Origin: an uncultured Chloroflexia bacterium
GTDB lineage: Bacteria > Chloroflexota > Limnocylindria > Limnocylindrales > CSP1-4
Reading direction: 5' to 3'
Assembly (NCBI GenBank): GCA_963729175.1
Contig: CAVSMY010000009.1
Span: 82,529 to 146,528, forward strand
DNA: 64,000 nucleotides
Shown: positions 47,050 to 55,485 of the stretch, in pieces
Layout: each line of letters begins with the position of its first letter
How positions within the stretch are numbered: the stretch's first letter is position 1
Translations under genes and position numbers: made by a program
The notes under the pieces: generated by a model
What the model saw: only the letters and a program-made list of their open reading frames with translations
The model's database searches: none
What the model was told of the DNA's origin: nothing

Positions 47050-47845
47050 CGGCGTGACGACCCGGGTCCTCAGCTACAACATCCGGTTCGGCGGTGAACG
47101 CCGGGTGGACCTGATCGGGTCCGTCATCGCGGCGATCGATCCGGACATCGTCGTCCTCCAGGAGGCCTACGACCCGGACGCGGTGAGCCGGATCGCCGAG
47201 GTCACCGGGCTCGCGCCCGTCGCGAGCCGACCCGGGCGGTCGGTCGTCGCCCTCGTCCGCACGCCGCCGAGGTCGGCAAGGTGGCACCCGACCCGTGGTC
47301 GGCGCGGTGTCCTGGAGCTCGACGTCGCCCCGAACCTCCGGATCGTCGGCCTGCACCTTCCGGCCGGCCTGTCGCGGCGTGGCGAACGGGAACGGCTGGC
47401 CGACCTCGACGCCATCCTGCCGCTCGTCGGACCGCCGGACGATGGGCGCACGCTCCTCGTCGGCGACTTCAACGCCGTCGGCCAAGGCGATGCGCCGCAC
47501 GTGGCGCGTCTGCCGATGTGGCTCCGGATCCTCCTGCGAGTCGACGGCGGGATCCGGACGGAGGTGATGGATCGCCTCACGCAGGCAGGCTGGGTCGACG
47601 TCTTCCGGCGCCTTCATCCGCATGAGACCGGCGACACGCTGCCGGCGGCCGCGCCCGCGGTCCGGCTGGACTACGTCCTCGGATCGAGGGCGATGGCCGC
47701 TCGCGTGGCCGCCTGCACGCCCGTCTCCGAGGCTGGCGACCTCCCGACGGCGGTGGCATCGGACCACCTGCCCCTGTTGGCGGTCATCGATCCGCCGCCC
47801 GGTGCGTCGGTCAGGCCGCCGTTCGGGGCCGGGCGATCCGGATGA
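47042..47845 (+). CDS. Endonuclease/exonuclease/phosphatase (EEP) family protein
   Basis: ATG at 47042 overlaps the upstream stop by 8 nt (alternative GTG at 47054). VLSYNIRFG, IVVLQEA, LVGDFNA and SDHLPLLAVI are canonical EEP catalytic motifs. Confidence 0.85.
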   Translation: MVDGVTTRVLSYNIRFGGERRVDLIGSVIAAIDPDIVVLQEAYDPDAVSRIAEVTGLAPVASRPGRSVVALVRTPPRSARWHPTRGRRGVLELDVAPNLRIVGLHLPAGLSRRGERERLADLDAILPLVGPPDDGRTLLVGDFNAVGQGDAPHVARLPMWLRILLRVDGGIRTEVMDRLTQAGWVDVFRRLHPHETGDTLPAAAPAVRLDYVLGSRAMAARVAACTPVSEAGDLPTAVASDHLPLLAVIDPPPGASVRPPFGAGRSG

Positions 47846-48254
47846 TCGCGAGCACGACGAGCTCGAGGATCGTCCAGCCGATGAGGGCGACGATCGCGGT
47901 GAGATCAAGGGTCGATCCGGCGCTCGAGACGTCGTCCCGTCGCAGGATGCCCTCGAACGGGGCGACCAACGGGGCGCTGACGTTCATGATGAAGTCGACG
48001 ATCGGGTTGCCCTGCTGGGCATCGATCAGCAGCAGGCCGATCCGGAGCAGGATCAGCAGCTGGATGATGCCGAAGATCACGACTGCGATGCGGGTCGCGA
48101 TCGCATAGCCCGACGGCCCCGTGTCGACGTACTGCTCCGTGACGCGGACCCGCCCATAGTCGTCGGCCGGTGGGCCGTCGCCGACGTAGGTCGCGGCTGG
48201 CCGCGCGGGTCGGCTGACCGTCTCGCGTTCGACGGTGGTCTGCTGGTTCGTCAT
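47811..48254 (-). CDS. YggT-like small membrane protein
   Basis: ATG at 48254 lies 6 nt after GGAGGA and is in frame with ORF 47811..48287. RIAVVIFGIIQLLILLRIGLLLI ... IVDFIMNVSAPLVAPFEGIL ... IVALIGWTILELVVLAII. Confidence 0.7.
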   Translation of the reverse strand: MTNQQTTVERETVSRPARPAATYVGDGPPADDYGRVRVTEQYVDTGPSGYAIATRIAVVIFGIIQLLILLRIGLLLIDAQQGNPIVDFIMNVSAPLVAPFEGILRRDDVSSAGSTLDLTAIVALIGWTILELVVLAIIRIARPRTAA

Positions 48255-48399
48255 CGATCGTCCTCCGATCGGTCCGCCGCATGACACGGCGGCCTCGCTC
48301 GACGATGACCGTGGAGGCGTTGCAGGGGCGCGTCGGCGCCGTCTAGGCGACCTTGCGTGCCGGTATCAGCGTTCTCACGGCGCGACGGCAGACAGGAGG

Positions 48400-50790
48400 T
48401 CAGTGCCCGACGGCGGCCGCCTCCACGGGCCTGGGGACGGCTTCGTCGGCGCCGGCGGGACCCTCCTCGTCCCGATCGGCCTCGTAGATCGGCAGCTCGA
48501 ACCCGAACTCGGCGCCTCCCCCGTCACGCGGGAGGGCCCACATCCGACCGCCCATACCCCGGACCATCTGATCGCACACGAACAGCCCGATGCCCGCTCC
48601 GGGCGCCAGCGCCGCGGTCGAGGGCGCGCGGTAGTAGAGCTCGAACAGACGCGTCTCGTCGCCTGCCGAGAGGCCCGGACCGCGGTCGAGCACGCGGACC
48701 GCGACACCGCCGTCGCCGCCGATCGCCGCGCACACCTCGATCTCCCCGCCGTCACCGTACTTGGCGGCGTTCGAGAGGAGGTTCCTGAGCACCTGGCCGA
48801 TGTTCTCGTCGTCAGCCCGGACGGCGGGCAGACCGGGCACGACATCGACGGCGAACACCGCGCCCGGCCAGCGCGACTGCTCCTGGGCGACGATCGTCGG
48901 AAGGAGCCGCTGGAGCAGGACCGGCTGGTCACCCACGATCGCGGCCCCGCGTTCGACGCGGGCGAGCGCGACCAGGTTCTCGACCAGCCGTTGGAGGCGA
49001 TCGGACTCGGCGACCATGTCGGACACGATGTCGGCCTCGACATCCGGATCGAGGCTGCCGCGCCGGGCGAGCAGCAGCTCGCCCCCGCCGAAGATCGAGG
49101 TCACCGGCGTCCGCAGCTCGTGAGACAGGACGTCGATGAAGCGGTCTCGGAGGGTCTCGGCCTCCTTCCGGCCGCTGATGTCACTGACGGCCGCGAGGAC
49201 GAGCGTCTGGCCCTCGAACCGCAGCGGGCTCAAGGCCACCTCGACCGGGAACGGCGACCCATCGGCCCGGGCCGCGACGAGCTCGATGCCGGAGCCCATC
49301 TGGCGCGGATGGGGGTCCTCGAGGTAGCGTCGGCGGTGCTCGAGGTGGACGGACCGACGCTCGTCGGGGAGCAGGGCCTCGATCCGCCGACTGAGGAGCT
49401 GGGTCCGGGTCAGTCCGAAGATCCGGGCCGCTTCGGCGTTGGCGTAGACGATCCGGCCCTCTGGGTCGGCGGCCAGGAGGCCGGTCGGCTGCGCTTCCAG
49501 CAGGGCATGGAAGCGGGCTTCGTTCTCCGCCGCGGTCTTGGCGATCGCCAGCTCGGCGACCGTGTCCCGGAATGCGACGATCTCGCGTTCACGGGCGATC
49601 GACCGGGCCGCCTGGGCCCCGAGCATCGCGACGAGCCGGATGTCGTCCTCCACGAACAGCGGGGTCCCGACGACCGAGACGACGACCCAGGCCTCGGGGT
49701 CGGTGCCCTCGGAGGCGGCGACCGGGACGGACAGCATCGTCGTCTTCGATGGATACGCGATGGCGGTCGCACCGGCCTGATAGGTCGAGTCCACGGCCTG
49801 GGCGGTCCAGCCATCGATCGCATCGGGCTCCGGCGGGACGCCGTCGACCGAGAGGATCGTCCGGGAAGGGGCGCCGATCACGGCCGCGATCTGACCGCCG
49901 GTGACCGAACGAGCCGCCCTGGCGAGTCCGGCCCAGATGAGACCGGGTGATGGGTCGGTCGGTGATGCGCCGAGCTGATCGAGCAGGTCGAATGCATCGG
50001 CACGGAGGATCAGGTTCCGGATCCGTCGCGGCGGGACGAAGGCGATCAGGTACGACAGCGCCGCGGCGATCGACACGATCCGGGAGAGCAGCGACACCTC
50101 CGGCGGGACGGGCGTCGTGCCGGGCGAGAGCCAGGAGCCGATGACCCGGATGAGGACCGCGACCCCAAGGAGTGCCGTCGCGCCCGCGGCCAGCCGAAGA
50201 CGTGCCCGCGCCAGGCCGATGCGATCCATCGATGCCTGGCCGAGGAAGAGCGCGGCGATGAGCTCGGCGGGGACCAGGTAGGCGGCCGCGACGAAGATCG
50301 CCAGGTCGTTGCCGGATCCCAGGGCGGTGAGCACGACGAGGGCGATCGCTCCGGCGGCCAGGACGATCACGTCGACGGCGCGATCGACCCGACGGAAGTG
50401 GCGAGCCAGCCTGATCATGAGATACGGCTGGAGGAACAGGACGAGGGTCGCCGCGGCGGTGACGACCGGTGGGGCGAACCCGAGCAGCGCCACAGCGATC
50501 GAGATGACGAAGACGCCGGCCAGACTCGCGAAGACCAGCAGGAGATCCCGGTCGAGCGCCGAGCGCGTCCGGACATAGCGGGTGACCGCCGCGGCGAACA
50601 CCGCCAGGAAGAGCAGCTGGATGAGCAGATTCAGGCTGTCCAGGAAGACGACTCCTCGACGCGATCGGGCGCACGCATGAGGGTACGAGCGCGGGGGCGG
50701 ATGTGGACATTGCAGGTGCCTATCAATGCAGGCGGCGGACGATCCGTCCCGGTCGCGGTACCGACGTGTCGCGGCCTTGCAACGCGGCAC
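48400..50790 (-). CDS. Sensor histidine kinase (polytopic N-terminal domain, GAF-like, PAS, HisKA, HATPase_c), paralogous to the 38546 kinase. The start is uncertain.
   Basis: Part of ORF 48400..51195. The TM region begins at VVFLDSLNLLIQLLFLAVFAAAV (codon at 50652). The H-box is LSHELRTPVTSIFGG, the N box is LRNLLSNAAKYG, and G boxes are VLDRGPGL and GAGIGLFVC. The nearest in-frame start is GTG at 50790; ATG at 50678 is in another frame. Confidence 0.85.
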   Translation of the reverse strand: MPRCKAATRRYRDRDGSSAACIDRHLQCPHPPPRSYPHACARSRRGVVFLDSLNLLIQLLFLAVFAAAVTRYVRTRSALDRDLLLVFASLAGVFVISIAVALLGFAPPVVTAAATLVLFLQPYLMIRLARHFRRVDRAVDVIVLAAGAIALVVLTALGSGNDLAIFVAAAYLVPAELIAALFLGQASMDRIGLARARLRLAAGATALLGVAVLIRVIGSWLSPGTTPVPPEVSLLSRIVSIAAALSYLIAFVPPRRIRNLILRADAFDLLDQLGASPTDPSPGLIWAGLARAARSVTGGQIAAVIGAPSRTILSVDGVPPEPDAIDGWTAQAVDSTYQAGATAIAYPSKTTMLSVPVAASEGTDPEAWVVVSVVGTPLFVEDDIRLVAMLGAQAARSIAREREIVAFRDTVAELAIAKTAAENEARFHALLEAQPTGLLAADPEGRIVYANAEAARIFGLTRTQLLSRRIEALLPDERRSVHLEHRRRYLEDPHPRQMGSGIELVAARADGSPFPVEVALSPLRFEGQTLVLAAVSDISGRKEAETLRDRFIDVLSHELRTPVTSIFGGGELLLARRGSLDPDVEADIVSDMVAESDRLQRLVENLVALARVERGAAIVGDQPVLLQRLLPTIVAQEQSRWPGAVFAVDVVPGLPAVRADDENIGQVLRNLLSNAAKYGDGGEIEVCAAIGGDGGVAVRVLDRGPGLSAGDETRLFELYYRAPSTAALAPGAGIGLFVCDQMVRGMGGRMWALPRDGGGAEFGFELPIYEADRDEEGPAGADEAVPRPVEAAAVGH

Positions 50791-50856
50791 CCGCACTCGG
50801 GCCGCGCGTCTGGAGCCCCGATCGAGCGACGCTGAGCCGCTGAAGGAGGCATCTCG

Positions 50857-51375
50857 ATGCAGCACGGCGGAACGACGACGGGACGCCAGTCGTCGCCGAA
50901 CGGGCCCGTCATCGTCGTGACCGGCGAGGATGACCGATACGAGACGGCTCGAGTCGAAGCGGTCCGGATCGCGCGGGATGCCACGGCCGACCTGATTCTC
51001 TACGACTGGGACGCGCCGACGCTCTTCGGAGACCCGCTCCCGACGTGGTGGTCCGCCGAGGGGTCGGGGGATCTGTTCTCCGACCGGCTCGATCCGACGC
51101 AGCTCGACGCCGTGGGCCGCTCCCCCATCGCGGACCAGGTCCGCGAGGCCACCCGGAGCGGTGTCGCCGCGAGTGGCTGGCTGCCCTCCGATCACGGCCC
51201 CGAGGCGCTGTCCCGGTACGCTCGAGCCCAGGCCGCGAGCGTCGTCGTCATCCCCGATGGTCTCGAGGAGGTCTCGGGCCTCGAGGCGCTCCTCGATGGG
51301 ACGGACCGACCCGCGGACGCGGTCGCCGCAGCGACGCCGGCGCGGGTCATCGTGGCCGGCTCGAGCGGCCGCTAG
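50857..51375 (+). CDS. Hypothetical protein, possibly a universal-stress-protein-like alpha/beta fold
   Basis: An SD (GGAGG) lies upstream of the ATG. GPVIVVTGEDDRYETARVEAVRIARDATADLILY ... AQAASVVVIPDG ... ARVIVAG. It is divergent from the kinase gene. Confidence 0.65.
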   Translation: MQHGGTTTGRQSSPNGPVIVVTGEDDRYETARVEAVRIARDATADLILYDWDAPTLFGDPLPTWWSAEGSGDLFSDRLDPTQLDAVGRSPIADQVREATRSGVAASGWLPSDHGPEALSRYARAQAASVVVIPDGLEEVSGLEALLDGTDRPADAVAAATPARVIVAGSSGR

Positions 51376-52139
51376 TTCCGACGGGCCTGGCCGAGTCGCT
51401 GGTCGGGCGTGAAGACTCGCAGACCCTGCTCGAGATAGGCGACCTCGCGCCCCAGCGTCAGGGTGAGCTCGGCGAGTCGGGCCTCGGTCGTGGCGGCCTC
51501 AAGGAGGCGCTGGCGGGTCCGCAGGTCGAGCTCGACGATCCCTGACAGGAGGTGGGAGAGCAGGGTCGGGTCGGCCGGGATCCCGAGGATCGGTGCCTCG
51601 GTCCGGGCGGGGTCGGGCTCAGCCTCATCGCCGGACTCCTGGGGCTCGATCAGTCCCGTGACCGCGGCCGCGGCGTCCGGCTCGTCCTCGTCGGCGTCGT
51701 CGTCGTCGTCGTCGACCGCGAGCTCGCGGACCTGGTCGACGTAGCGGACGAATCGACGTGTCGCCAGCCGCGCCAGCTTGCCGGCCCGGTCCTCGTCGCC
51801 GAGGGGCTCGTCGATCGGCTCGACACGGGCGACAAGGTAGGGCTCGCGGTCGGTGTAGACCTCCTCGATCCGGAACCGCTCGGTGCCGATGGCGACGACA
51901 TCGAACCGCCCGTCGGTGTAGCGGTCGGCCTCGCGGATCTCGGCCCGGGTCCCGATCGTCGCGACGGCGATGTCGCCGACGCCGACCTCGCGACCGTCCC
52001 GGATCCAGACGACCCCGAAGCCCTCGTCGCGTTCGAGGCAGCGGTCGACCATCAGCCGGTAGCGGGGCTCGAAGATGTGGAGCGGCAGCGCGATCCCTGG
52101 GCAGAGGACGGTGTGGAGGGGAAAGAGCGGCAGATCCAT
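51372..52139 (-). CDS. Lon N-terminal (LON substrate-binding, PUA-like) domain protein with an acidic insert
   Basis: MDLPLFPLHTVLCPGIALPLHIFEPRYRLMV ... GFGVV ... has an internal DDDDDDADEDE run. There is no AAA+ or protease domain. Confidence 0.85.
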   Translation of the reverse strand: MDLPLFPLHTVLCPGIALPLHIFEPRYRLMVDRCLERDEGFGVVWIRDGREVGVGDIAVATIGTRAEIREADRYTDGRFDVVAIGTERFRIEEVYTDREPYLVARVEPIDEPLGDEDRAGKLARLATRRFVRYVDQVRELAVDDDDDDADEDEPDAAAAVTGLIEPQESGDEAEPDPARTEAPILGIPADPTLLSHLLSGIVELDLRTRQRLLEAATTEARLAELTLTLGREVAYLEQGLRVFTPDQRLGQARRN

Positions 52140-52192
52140 CCGGTCGACGAGTCTAGCCGGAGACCCGCCAGAAGGCGTCCGCGGAGCCCGGG

Positions 52193-53819
52193 CTAGGCCG
52201 TCCCGGGCTCGAAGGTCGCCGGCGTGGAGCCATGGGCGCCGGCGGGCGTTCGGCTATGGGCCGGGTCCGCGAGCCCGGGCCCGGAGGACCCGAAGACGAG
52301 GACCCGGTCCTTGCCACCCGCCTTCGCCCGGTACATCGCGACGTCGGCGTCACGCAGCAGGTCGTCCGCGGTCTCCGTCGCGGGCGTGTCGACGGCGATC
52401 CCGATCGAGCCGGAGATCGAGACCGGCTCGCCCGACAGCGCGAGCGGAGCACGGAGCTCGGTCAGGATCCGCTCGGCGACCATCCGGGCGCGGTCGAGGT
52501 CCGAGCCGCCCTCGAGCAGGATGCCGAACTCGTCCCCGCCGAGGCGACCCACGAGGTCGGTCGCCCGGACGGCGTCCCGGATCCGCTCGTGGACCTTGCG
52601 CAGCAGCTCGTCGCCCGCGGCATGCCCGAGCGAGTCGTTGACGGTCTTGAAGTCGTCGAGATCGAGGAACATCACCGTGATCGCGCCCGTCGCACGGCGC
52701 TGGGCGATCGCATCGACGACCGCGTCGACGAACCGCCGCCGGTTCGCGGCCCCGGTCAGCGGGTCATGGAAGGCCTGGAACGTCAGCTGATCCTCCAGAG
52801 CCCGGCGGCGGTCGACATCGCGGACCAGCGCGCGCACGAGCCCCGACAACCGAACGAGGACGAGCAGCGAGAGGGCCGCCGTCGCGCCTGCCACGACGAC
52901 GAGCTGCGGCTGGATGTCGTCATGGCCGAGCGTCAGAAGGGCCGGCCCGACGAGCATCGCCGCGCCGAGGAACGCCAGCCGGATCGGACCGAGCAGGGTG
53001 ACCGCGACGGGTTCCGGCTCGGTGACGCGGACCATCGACGGATGGAGTGCCGCCGCTCCCCACAGGAGGTAGGCGACGATCCAGCCGGTGTCGAGCAGCC
53101 CGCCATCGATGTATGTGCCCTCCAGGTTCTGGAGGACATACGATCTGGTCGGCGACGAGGAGCATCCCGAGGCTCCCGGCGATGAGCCAGAACGACGGGA
53201 CGCGGGCGCCGGGGGCGGTCGCGAGGCCCATCAGGACGCCGATCAGGATGACGTCGCCGATCGGGTAGGCGATCGAGACCGCGAAGCCGAGCGGGTCGGG
53301 GTCCGTCCCGGCGGCCAGCGGCGCGATGAGGAAGACCCAGGAGAGGAGCGACAGGCCGATCGCCAGGATCGACGCGTCGAGCAGGCCAGCTCGGTCACCA
53401 CCACCCATCCGCCGACGGATCGCACCGACCAGCGCGAGCGCGAGCAGCGGGTAGCCGGCCAGATAGAACGCGTCGGCGATCGAGGGGAACGGGTCCTCGC
53501 CGATCCAGGCGTACCACTCCCAGAGCAGGTCGCCGGCGACAAAGCAGGCCTGACCGAGGGCCATGAGCCACCAGATCCAGGCCGCCGACGGCCGATACCG
53601 ACGGATCCCCACGGCGATGGCGACGACCGACGAGGCGCCGATCGTGTCGTACCAGAGGTGTTGCGGGACGCTCCCGGCCTCGAGAAGGACGAACAGGGCG
53701 ATCCCGGCGGCGCCCGTGGCGAGATACGCGATCCACGTCGGATCGCCCCCGATCCATGAGCTGACGCGCGACCGGCTCATCGTCGCCCGACTGTCCGGGA
53801 CCGTCGCGACCGATGCCAT
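52193..53819 (-). pseudogene. Membrane-anchored diguanylate cyclase (GGDEF). One frameshift at about 53140-53150.
   Basis: The N-terminal polytopic part lies in ORF 52920..53819 (to GMLLVADQI). It continues in the frame of ORF 52193..53035: YVLQNLEGTYIDGGLLDTGWIVAYLLWGAAALHPSMVRV ... DPLTGAANRR ... FLDLDDFKTVND ... GRLGGDEFGILL ... ADVAMYRAK. Confidence 0.85.
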
Positions 53820-53909
53820 GGCTCGGGAGTACCAGTCAGAGATGACGAAGCCGCCGGACCTGCCGACGGCTTCGTTCGCGAGGGCGCCCGGGGCACCGGG
53901 CGGCTCGAT

Positions 53910-54290
53910 CTAGTGGGCGCAGCTCCTGGCCGTGCCGGCGTCATCGGCCGTCCGGAACGAGCTCCCGCAGCCACACGCGGCGACCGCATTCGGGTTGTTC
54001 ACGGTGAAGCCGGCCCCCATGAGCGTGTCGACGTAGTCGATCTCCGAGCCCGTGAGGTACTGGACGCTGTTCTGGTCGACATAGACCTTCACGCCGTTCG
54101 CGTGGAGGACCTGGTCGTCGGCGGTCGGGGCGTCCTCGAGCATCATCCCGTAGCGGTAGCCCGAACAGCCACCCGAGTAGACGTAGACACGCAGCCCGAT
54201 CGCCGGATTCGTCTCCTCCTTCGTCAGCTCGTGCAGCTTCCCGGCCGCTGCGTCGGTCAGGCTGACGACGGTGGGTTGGGACTCGATCAT
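53910..54290 (-). CDS. erpA: HesB/IscA-family iron-sulfur cluster insertion protein
   Basis: 126 aa. LRVYVYSGGCSGYRYGM ... FTVNNPNAVAACGCGSSF. AAGGAGG lies upstream of the ATG at 54290. Confidence 0.9.
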   Translation of the reverse strand: MIESQPTVVSLTDAAAGKLHELTKEETNPAIGLRVYVYSGGCSGYRYGMMLEDAPTADDQVLHANGVKVYVDQNSVQYLTGSEIDYVDTLMGAGFTVNNPNAVAACGCGSSFRTADDAGTARSCAH

Positions 54291-54710
54291 CCGGGTTCGT
54301 CCTCCTTGGACGGTGTGGCACGCAGTGTGGTCGGACTGGCCGACATCCGCATCGTACGCACGTCAACGACATCCGACAAGCACCCGGTCCTCACGACGCG
54401 CCCGATCGGTCACTCCGAGTACGGCGCGTCAGTCGGGCTGGCGAGCACACGCGGCCCCCGACGGCCCGCATGACACGAGGCCCGAGGACACGGAGGGGGA
54501 CCATGGACCGAGACGACCATGGGCTGCGGAGACGCATCGGCACCGCCGGCGTATGGTTGGCTCGGATGCCACAGCCGTGCCGAGGGCGCGGGCACGCTGA
54601 TGCGATCGCGCTGTCCCGCCGACCAGCCGCCCAGAACGGCCACTCGCAGATGCCGGGATCGCCGGCGCGCGAGACGGGCCGTGACGCTCTGATTCCATGG
54701 ATGCGGTCAC

Positions 54711-55436
54711 ATGGTGATGGCATCGACTGACCGGATCTCCGTCCTCGGCCCGTTCCGCCTGTCCTGGCGCGATCGCGAGACACTGCTACCGGAGCGGGCA
54801 CAGCGTGTCGTCGCCTACATCGCCCTCGCGCGCGGCGGTGTCTCCCGCCGCGCGGCCATCTCCGCCCTGTGGCCGGATGCCCGGACCGACAGCGCCCGGG
54901 CCGCGCTTCGCTCGACCCTGTGGCGGATCGGCCGGATCGCCCCGGGGCTGATCCGGACGGACGGTCAGCGGCTGTCGCTCGACCCGGCGGTCGAGATCGA
55001 CGCTCACGTGCTCGATGACATCGTCCGCGCGACCCTTGACGATCCGACGGAGGTCGGGGCCGACGAGCTGACCGTCCTGACGCGGGCCGACGACCTCCTT
55101 CCTGACTGGGACGAGGACTGGATCACCGTCGAGCGGGAACGGATGCACCAGGTGCGACTCGAGGCGCTCGAGCGCCTGGCCGAGGACCTGACGGAGCGGG
55201 GCCTGATGGGCCGCGCCGTCGAGGCCGGCCTGGCGGCCGTCGCGGACGAGCCGTATCGCGAGAGCGCTCACCGGGTCCTCATCGAGGCGTATCTGCGGAA
55301 GGGCAACGCCGCGGCGGCGCTCAGTCAGTTCCGGACGCTCTCCTCGAAGCTGCGTCGGGAGCTGGGCGTCGGGCCGTCGGACGAGCTCGCCGAGCGCGTC
55401 CGACGGTCGCGGGGTGGTGGAGGGCGTCGGGGCTGA
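54711..55436 (+). CDS. SARP-family (AfsR/DnrI/RedD-type) transcriptional regulator: OmpR-type wHTH plus BTAD
   Basis: ISVLGPFRLSWRD ... RAQRVVAYIAL ... ALWPD ... AALRSTLWRI (wHTH). LLPDWDEDWITVERERMHQVRLEALERLAEDL ... EPYRESAHRVLIEAYLRKGNAAAALSQFRTLSSKLRRELGVGPS (BTAD). Confidence 0.85.
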   Translation: MVMASTDRISVLGPFRLSWRDRETLLPERAQRVVAYIALARGGVSRRAAISALWPDARTDSARAALRSTLWRIGRIAPGLIRTDGQRLSLDPAVEIDAHVLDDIVRATLDDPTEVGADELTVLTRADDLLPDWDEDWITVERERMHQVRLEALERLAEDLTERGLMGRAVEAGLAAVADEPYRESAHRVLIEAYLRKGNAAAALSQFRTLSSKLRRELGVGPSDELAERVRRSRGGGGRRG

Positions 55437-55485
55437 TGACGGCTCGCCGCCGGTCGGGGGTCCGCCGGCGAGCCGCGGGGGATGA

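Noticed and set aside
54470-54730. 86-aa ORF with a GGAGG-like site in the 420-bp region between erpA and the SARP gene.
   Set aside because: The sequence is Arg/Gly-rich and junk-like, has no motifs, and overlaps the SARP start. The region is more likely untranslated regulatory DNA.
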